From: Candidatus Ozemobacteraceae bacterium
Lineage (GTDB): Bacteria > Muiribacteriota > Ozemobacteria > Ozemobacterales > Ozemobacteraceae
NCBI GenBank assembly: GCA_965140445.1
Contig: OZ223236.1
Location: 4,512,001-4,576,000 of the forward strand
DNA: 64,000 nucleotides
Direction: 5' to 3'
The notes under the pieces were generated by a model. That model had not been told where the DNA came from, did not search any database, and worked only from the letters and a program-made list of their open reading frames with translations. The position numbers and the translations under genes are program-made. How positions within the stretch are numbered: position 1 is the first letter of the stretch; the number at the start of each line of letters is the position of its first letter. This document shows positions 58,315 to 64,000 of this stretch, one piece after another.

Positions 58315-60360
58315 TTAAGCGTCTTTGCTTCCTTTATCTTTAATAAAGAACTTACAACCTTTTTTAGAGGATTCCCATTTTAGCTCTGTTGGGAAAATGG
58401 CCTGAATTGTTCCCTGACTGCAAAGGAAACACACCCTTTCATCCGGCAATTGTGGGTCTGCATTCTTACATGCAGCTTTCTGCCTACACCACAAAATCTT
58501 TAATAAGGAATTTTCTTTATCATATATAACTTCAGCACCAAGTTTTCGGTGTCTTTTAGCCAATGCAACAAAGCATTCCTCAATTGAAAGATCAGCAAAA
58601 TTGTCATCAATAGAACAAAGCCTTATTGCCTCTTCTTCACCCAGCTTCCAATCAGTCCCGAGCTTTGCTCGCCACATGGAAAGCAACAAATCATTTTCCG
58701 GGGGATTTGGATTCTCAAAATATTCGCCCTCGTGAGAACGAAGGTTAATTTTCCGATCAATAAGAGAGGGTTGATCCAACACCAACGTATCTGCTTCACG
58801 AAATTTTGGTGGCAAATAATTCCATTCATTTATCCTTTCAAGAACGTCAATGAATTCTTCACTATGTCCTGGAACAACAAGCGCTCTATCACTCTCATAA
58901 ACCATATGTCGATAAAAATTTCTTCTGCTCCAGCCAGCCAGCATCATAAACAAAATGATTCCAAGCAATTGAGCAAAAGTCGGTCCTAGAATCAATAAAT
59001 TAATTGTATTCATAGGCCTTATAGCGGTGTAAAAGGAACCAGATAGGGTAAAAATAAAAATAAGCAAAAAATCACAAAAATTGTAATTTAACTTAAAGAG
59101 TTGAGCAAAACTACGTAAATAACTCCTCAGCTCGCCTTTACTCAGCCGATCTTCAATGTCACCCCAAAGCAGCACCGCTGAATTAAAAGAAAAAGCTCCT
59201 AATGGAATTCCCCCTAAGAACCCCGCATTCTTGTTAGAGGCAGAAAAAACAGCTGTAATTCCTTTCTCATAAGGCTCTTCAGTTTGAACCTTTTTTAAAA
59301 GCAACAACCTCGGTAAAATTACACTCGTTAGCCCCAAAATAGTCATAAAAACCGCAGGAAACGAAAAAATTAATCCAAAAGGCCTATTTACTTGCCAAAG
59401 CGGCAACCAAACTGTCATCAGATGCAAAATTAACAAAGTTACCACAAACACAAAAACAGACATGTGATTAAAAATTATTAAACGAATCCTGTCAAAAACA
59501 AATGCTCCAAAGCTCTCTCGACTTTTTAGAACAAACTTTTCCAGTTTAAAAATAGGAAATTGCACTAAAAGCCAAACAATGAAAAAATGTGCAATCATTA
59601 AAATGAATCTGAAGTTGATTCCCAGTCTTGAGGGAAGATCAAAAACCAAAAAAGAAATCCCCGATAGAACAATTAAGAACTCTGGCAAAACCGAAGTCCT
59701 AAAGGCTTGAAACGCACCTTTTTTATCAGATAAATGCGAGTATTTTTTTATCCAGGCCCTTTGTTCAAACTCCAAAATTAGTGCCGGGAAAAGCAACAAA
59801 GAAATCCATATCAATATCCACGTGAGTAAAACTTCTGGTTTGTATGTTAGCGAGAAATCATACATTTCGATTGCTTTATCAAACTCTTTCTGCCCAATTA
59901 TTTCAAACTTAAGCATTTTTTGGTGGGCTTCTATATAGCCAGCTTTGTTTTTTAGCCTGTGATAAATTCTCGCAAGAATTACCAGAGAATTATTTCTCTC
60001 CTCATCAAACTGACTATTTTTTACAACATATTCGAGCTCAGAGGCAGCTGCCTCAAAAAAATTGTATTTAAAAAGTATAAAACCCTGAACAGCCGCAGCT
60101 GATATTTTATCATCTGGGTTGGTCAAAACCTTCAACCTGATGAAGCTCTGCAAAGTTTCTCTAATTATTGGCAAAGTTAAAACCTTTGCATTGCAAAAAG
60201 ATTTTGTTGTTCTCCAGAACTTATCAGGAGAATGCATACGCAGAGTTTCCAATACGCTATTATCAGATGGAAAAACTTCTGGGGCTGTTTGCAACGAAAT
60301 GCTAAATACAAAAAGTAAAACAATAAGTGCCACAGAAGTAATAGCTAGACTATTTTTCAC
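58315..60360 (-). CDS. Membrane protein with TPR-like N-domain, degenerate Ste24/M48-like domain and Cys-rich C-terminal domain
   Basis: Collinear M48 landmarks with the catalytic residues replaced (see findings). GTG start with a GAGGAG RBS. Confidence 0.65.
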   Translation of the reverse strand: MKNSLAITSVALIVLLFVFSISLQTAPEVFPSDNSVLETLRMHSPDKFWRTTKSFCNAKVLTLPIIRETLQSFIRLKVLTNPDDKISAAAVQGFILFKYNFFEAAASELEYVVKNSQFDEERNNSLVILARIYHRLKNKAGYIEAHQKMLKFEIIGQKEFDKAIEMYDFSLTYKPEVLLTWILIWISLLLFPALILEFEQRAWIKKYSHLSDKKGAFQAFRTSVLPEFLIVLSGISFLVFDLPSRLGINFRFILMIAHFFIVWLLVQFPIFKLEKFVLKSRESFGAFVFDRIRLIIFNHMSVFVFVVTLLILHLMTVWLPLWQVNRPFGLIFSFPAVFMTILGLTSVILPRLLLLKKVQTEEPYEKGITAVFSASNKNAGFLGGIPLGAFSFNSAVLLWGDIEDRLSKGELRSYLRSFAQLFKLNYNFCDFLLIFIFTLSGSFYTAIRPMNTINLLILGPTFAQLLGIILFMMLAGWSRRNFYRHMVYESDRALVVPGHSEEFIDVLERINEWNYLPPKFREADTLVLDQPSLIDRKINLRSHEGEYFENPNPPENDLLLSMWRAKLGTDWKLGEEEAIRLCSIDDNFADLSIEECFVALAKRHRKLGAEVIYDKENSLLKILWCRQKAACKNADPQLPDERVCFLCSQGTIQAIFPTELKWESSKKGCKFFIKDKGSKDA

Positions 60361-60375
60361 AGTTTTCTCCTCTTA

Positions 60376-61416
60376 TCATGGACGATGAGTAGAAATAAGC
60401 CCCTTTAAACGCTTTCCATCGCTCCAATACCCAAGAAATCTCTGAGAGTCAGAATTTTTCAAAACATTAAATTCTTTTTTCCCGTTAAAGTGGTATTCAG
60501 CAAGCGAATCAAAAATTCGAAAAGAACCGTTCCAATCTATTGCATCCAGAAGTCTAGTGCGAAGTGTGTGTGCATGAAACCTATCATTAAATAAAGTTAT
60601 AAACTCGTGCCGCCTTGTATCAATCTCTTTTTCATAGTAAGGATTTTCAGGGGCCAGCCCCATTAGCTCGTCTGCAACTACCGGTGGAGAACCATGAAAA
60701 TCGGAAAGAACCGTTAGATATGTCTTGTCATTTGTTTTAATACGGTCAGCAGCATAAAAAATTTCTCTTGCCGTATTTTCAGTAGTTTCAAAAATTCTAT
60801 CTCCAACGATCATTACCAACTTGGTGCCTTGTCTTATTCCAGACAAGTCTAAGAGTTTCAAGGTTCTCCTTACTGGAGTTATAAGAACCATTACTCCAGG
60901 TATTGGCAAACCGAAATATCGGCTTGCCGCAGCAACATTAGCTCCATGAACAGCACCGGCACCATGCCCGATAATTCCAACCCGCTCCCTGTCAATTTCA
61001 ATTTTGCCTTCTTTGAAAACATTTAAAACAGAGTCTTTTAAGGATCTCACGATATTGAAGAAATGGTATTTGTCCAACTCTCCAACCCCTTGATAGTTTG
61101 GGAAAACCACGATCCATCCCTTCAGGCATAAATGACGGATCCAGGCCATGTAAAAACCGGGGTCTGAAGTCATCCAGTCATGGAAAAAATAAATTATCCC
61201 GGCTTTCTTTGGTGTTGGTTCCGAAGGTTCAAAAATGAAATATTTATTTTCCTGAATACCAACCTGTCTGGTAACCATCCGCTTGTGGAAATATTCCCTT
61301 CCACCTGGTCCAATCGAAGATTGAACTGGACCACGAGGCAACTCTTTTGCAAGACAAAAGCTTCCACTAGCGAGAAGAACGACCAAAAAAGAAAAAATTT
61401 TGATAACTATACGCAT
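60376..61416 (-). CDS. Exported alpha/beta-hydrolase-fold protein with nucleophile elbow GHGAG
   Basis: Signal peptide, YFFHDW, GWIVVFPNYQ and IDRERVGIIGHGAGA. Confidence 0.75.
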   Translation of the reverse strand: MRIVIKIFSFLVVLLASGSFCLAKELPRGPVQSSIGPGGREYFHKRMVTRQVGIQENKYFIFEPSEPTPKKAGIIYFFHDWMTSDPGFYMAWIRHLCLKGWIVVFPNYQGVGELDKYHFFNIVRSLKDSVLNVFKEGKIEIDRERVGIIGHGAGAVHGANVAAASRYFGLPIPGVMVLITPVRRTLKLLDLSGIRQGTKLVMIVGDRIFETTENTAREIFYAADRIKTNDKTYLTVLSDFHGSPPVVADELMGLAPENPYYEKEIDTRRHEFITLFNDRFHAHTLRTRLLDAIDWNGSFRIFDSLAEYHFNGKKEFNVLKNSDSQRFLGYWSDGKRLKGLISTHRP

Positions 61417-61547
61417 GCAGTATTAACTTTCTGAATTTAATTATACCGGGAGAGTTTTGGATAATAGCCAAACGAATAAGCAAAGCCAACGAGTTTTTCT
61501 TGAAACACGTCTATTGCTCAAACAACTTAAATTTATCTTAAACGGGC

Positions 61548-61958
61548 TTAATTTCGATTCTCAAGCGATTTTTTTATGTGAGCAAGAGCAATTTTTTCAA
61601 GGCCTAAGAGCAAAAGAGCAAAAACAACACCAACGATTGTTCCTGCTTTTATCTCAGCAACCTTAACTTCTGCGATATCTTTTGAATCTGAAGTTGTTAA
61701 ATTTTCAACCGCCACCAAGGTGCCAGCTAAAGCAAACAACCATGAAAAAAGGCTTTCAAAAGCAAAAAAGATATTTAAGAAATAACACTTTGAACGGCTT
61801 TCTCCCTTAAGAAGAGGGCGCGCGACGATGTAAAAAGGCAACATAAATGGCCCAAGTAAAAAGACCAGAATTACCCAGAAAATGTCCACTGAGGATCTTT
61901 TTTTACTGTCCCAGGCCACCCAGATAGTAGCGAATGTTCTTAGCCATCTAGGCCACAT
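61548..61958 (-). CDS. Small polytopic membrane protein
   Basis: WVAWDSKKR....FWVILVFLLGP..LPFY..ARP followed by two further TM segments, with a GAGGGGG RBS. Confidence 0.75.
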   Translation of the reverse strand: MWPRWLRTFATIWVAWDSKKRSSVDIFWVILVFLLGPFMLPFYIVARPLLKGESRSKCYFLNIFFAFESLFSWLFALAGTLVAVENLTTSDSKDIAEVKVAEIKAGTIVGVVFALLLLGLEKIALAHIKKSLENRN

Positions 61959-62159
61959 ATTCTTACCCCCTCTAAAGGATCAATAGATTTTCAGTTAAAT
62001 CATAACACAATTTCAAATCCCGAAAAACCTGTTTGTACATAAATTAACGAGTGTAAAGTAAAATCAATAAACATTTTTTAGAAACTTTTCCCCCAACTTT
62101 GACGTAATATTAGTATAATTAAAAACGTATAAACAATTCCCTTCGTGAGGAGATATATT

Positions 62160-63830
62160 ATGAAGCAAAAAAGTCTCTTAATCATTTTGTTTGCCTTTGC
62201 TCTTTCAGCAAATTCTAGCCTACAGGCATCCACCCTTCCATTTGATGAAGGGCAAATTACACCTCCCCCTATGAGCGGAGATAGTCCCTTTGAGGTAAAA
62301 ACAACTATACCTGCTGTAATAAGCGAAGTTCAGGAGCAGGTACAAACAGTCAGAACAACTGTTGAAACACTTATTGATAAAGAAAACACTTCAGTAGAAG
62401 ACGTTGTTGCTGCTGCAAAAGTAACAATCCAGTCTGGCGACACCCTCTGGAAAATTGCACAAAGAGTTCTCGGAGATGGCAACCGATACAAGGAACTTAT
62501 TGAAGCAAACAAAGACAAATATCCTTCATTAGAAAAAAATCCTGACCTGATTTATGCAGGATGGGAATTAACAATACCGGGCGATGAACCTGCTGCAGCG
62601 GATCAAAACACTAATGCCGCAGTGGCTCAAGGAACATCTGAACCCTCCAATACTGTAACGATAGACTCAAGCTCCTCTTCAACACCTGCAACTATAGTTC
62701 AGATTCCACAGTTAACAACTGAACAAAAAATCAAAGGCCTTCAAAAAGCCGTTGATGCTGCAAATAGAGCGTTACTAGCTCAAAAGCAAAAAATAGGAGC
62801 TTTAACTCCATCCACAATTAGATTTTTAATTAAAAACAGTTTCTTATCAGAAGAAGAGTGGATGGCGATGAATCCTCCAGCAGGTTTTCATTGGGCAATA
62901 GATAGCCGCGGTGAAGTAAGACTTGCTAACAACGCTTCAGATAACAACCTTACTGCGGATCAAATCGCAAAACTGGATGCTGCTGAAAAACAAAAAGCAT
63001 ATGACGAAGCTGTAAAAAAAGCAAAAGAAGAGCAGGCAAAGAAAGATGCTGAAAAGAAAGCTCAAGCAGCACAGGAAAAAAAGGATGCTGATAAAGAAGC
63101 AAATAAAAAAGCTGATAACGATGCTGAGCAAAAAGCCCAGAAAGAAAAAGCTGAAAAATTAGCTAAAGAAAAGGCAGCTAAAGAAGCCGAGCAAAAAGCA
63201 AAAGAAGAGCAGGCAAAGAAAGACGCTGAAAAAGCAGAAGCCGCTGCAAATACTCAATACACAAAGATTTTGAATGAAATTGGATCACCTGATCTTTCGA
63301 AAAAAGCTAAGGATTACCGTAAAGCAGTAAATGCTGGCTCGAAATTAATGTCCAAAGGGTTCTTCGGTGGAACAACCAGCTTTTTCAAATTTGTAAATAG
63401 CCAGGATTACCCTTACTACAATATCCCAGCTTTACAGGAAGATCTGCTTGCGGCACAGAAAAAATATGAAAAACTTATTGATGAAAATAAAACAGATCGT
63501 TTCCTTGGAATTTTTGGTAGCACAATCGAAAGCGCCGGAAAAAGAGTTAACGAACTAAAGACAAAGCTTGAAAAAGCCTGGGGAGAAATGGAAAAAGCTC
63601 TTGCAGATGCAAAGACAAAAGCTAACGAGCTTAACACTTCAATTTCAAGCGCTAAATCAGAAATCAAAGACCTCAATACAGAGCTTGGCAAGTTAGATAA
63701 ATATGACTCTGCAAACAGCAAAAAGGTTCAGGACCTTCAAAAGAAAATCAACGAACTTAATGAAAGCGTTGAAGACTCGCAGGAAAAACTTGAACTTTAT
63801 GACACCATAAAAGGAACTTTCGGCGCATAA
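62160..63830 (+). CDS. Exported LysM protein with a Lys/Ala/Glu-rich linker and coiled coils
   Basis: Signal peptide and LysM motif TIQSGDTLWKIA..LGDG.RY.EL..AN...NPDLIY.G.EL.IP. The likely start is ATG 62160 with a GAGGAG RBS. Confidence 0.88.
   Translation: MKQKSLLIILFAFALSANSSLQASTLPFDEGQITPPPMSGDSPFEVKTTIPAVISEVQEQVQTVRTTVETLIDKENTSVEDVVAAAKVTIQSGDTLWKIAQRVLGDGNRYKELIEANKDKYPSLEKNPDLIYAGWELTIPGDEPAAADQNTNAAVAQGTSEPSNTVTIDSSSSSTPATIVQIPQLTTEQKIKGLQKAVDAANRALLAQKQKIGALTPSTIRFLIKNSFLSEEEWMAMNPPAGFHWAIDSRGEVRLANNASDNNLTADQIAKLDAAEKQKAYDEAVKKAKEEQAKKDAEKKAQAAQEKKDADKEANKKADNDAEQKAQKEKAEKLAKEKAAKEAEQKAKEEQAKKDAEKAEAAANTQYTKILNEIGSPDLSKKAKDYRKAVNAGSKLMSKGFFGGTTSFFKFVNSQDYPYYNIPALQEDLLAAQKKYEKLIDENKTDRFLGIFGSTIESAGKRVNELKTKLEKAWGEMEKALADAKTKANELNTSISSAKSEIKDLNTELGKLDKYDSANSKKVQDLQKKINELNESVEDSQEKLELYDTIKGTFGA
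63016..63232 (+). repeat. Internal 40 bp direct repeat (63016-63055 and 63193-63232, one mismatch)
   Basis: AAAAAGCAAAAGAAGAGCAGGCAAAGAAAGAYGCTGAAAA occurs twice, encoding KAKEEQAKKDAEK. Confidence 0.85.
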
Positions 63831-63864
63831 AATATTTGTAACCGACGGGAAAATTGTTTTATAC

Positions 63865-63893
63865 TCAGACGGGGGAAACCCCGTCTGATTTTT
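63865..63893 (+). terminator. Intrinsic terminator
   Basis: TCAGACGGGG-gaaa-CCCCGTCTGA-TTTTT. Confidence 0.9.
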
Positions 63894-63914
63894 ATTTTGG
63901 AAGGCAAGGATCTT

Positions 63915-64000
63915 ATGAAGAGAATTAATTTTTTGATTTGCACGTTTGTTTGTTTTGTTTTGCTCTCCGCAAATGCTTACTCCCAGGTAAGTGAACCAAC
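63915..64000 (+). CDS. Exported protein, 5' end (runs off the window)
   Basis: AAGGA RBS, then MKRINFLICTFVCFVLLSANAYSQ signal peptide. Confidence 0.7.
   Translation, partial: MKRINFLICTFVCFVLLSANAYSQVSEP

Noticed and set aside
211..63721. Numerous 60-190 aa ORFs overlapping or antisense to the called genes
   Set aside because: They are shadow frames of well-supported genes with no RBS or motifs.

Overview
Gene-dense, AT-rich bacterial core-genome window using the standard genetic code. I saw no rRNA, tRNA, CRISPR array, integrase or transposase. It contains the 5' end of rpoN, mutS2, glmS, a non-canonical EF-G paralog, a tightly coupled dapA-cdaA-cdaR-HEAT-dprA-smg-topA-trmFO operon, yebC-ruvA-ruvB (no ruvC), mutS plus a DUF2325 protein, a sigma70 lacking region 1.1, envelope genes (Slt, GT9, ArnT-like GT, ddl, LysM), rpmB, ThiT, a TAXI receptor and four Ig/PKD-type lipoproteins. 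The gene content resembles a diderm anaerobe such as Candidatus Riflebacteria, but this is a guess. The best leads are: (1) an operon of envelope pseudoenzymes at 58.3-62.0 kb, namely a TPR/Ste24-like membrane protein lacking HExxH with a Cys-rich C-terminal domain, and an exported alpha/beta-hydrolase lacking its nucleophile Ser; (2) an exported M16 peptidase homolog lacking HxxEH; (3) a HEAT-repeat protein placed where glmM usually follows cdaA-cdaR; (4) a terminator-bounded micro-islet at 6.74-7.47 kb with an Xis/BldC-type HTH and two unannotated micropeptide ORFs; (5) a ~240 nt, possibly structured leader in front of the sigma70 gene. All family calls come from reading motifs by eye, with no database searches.
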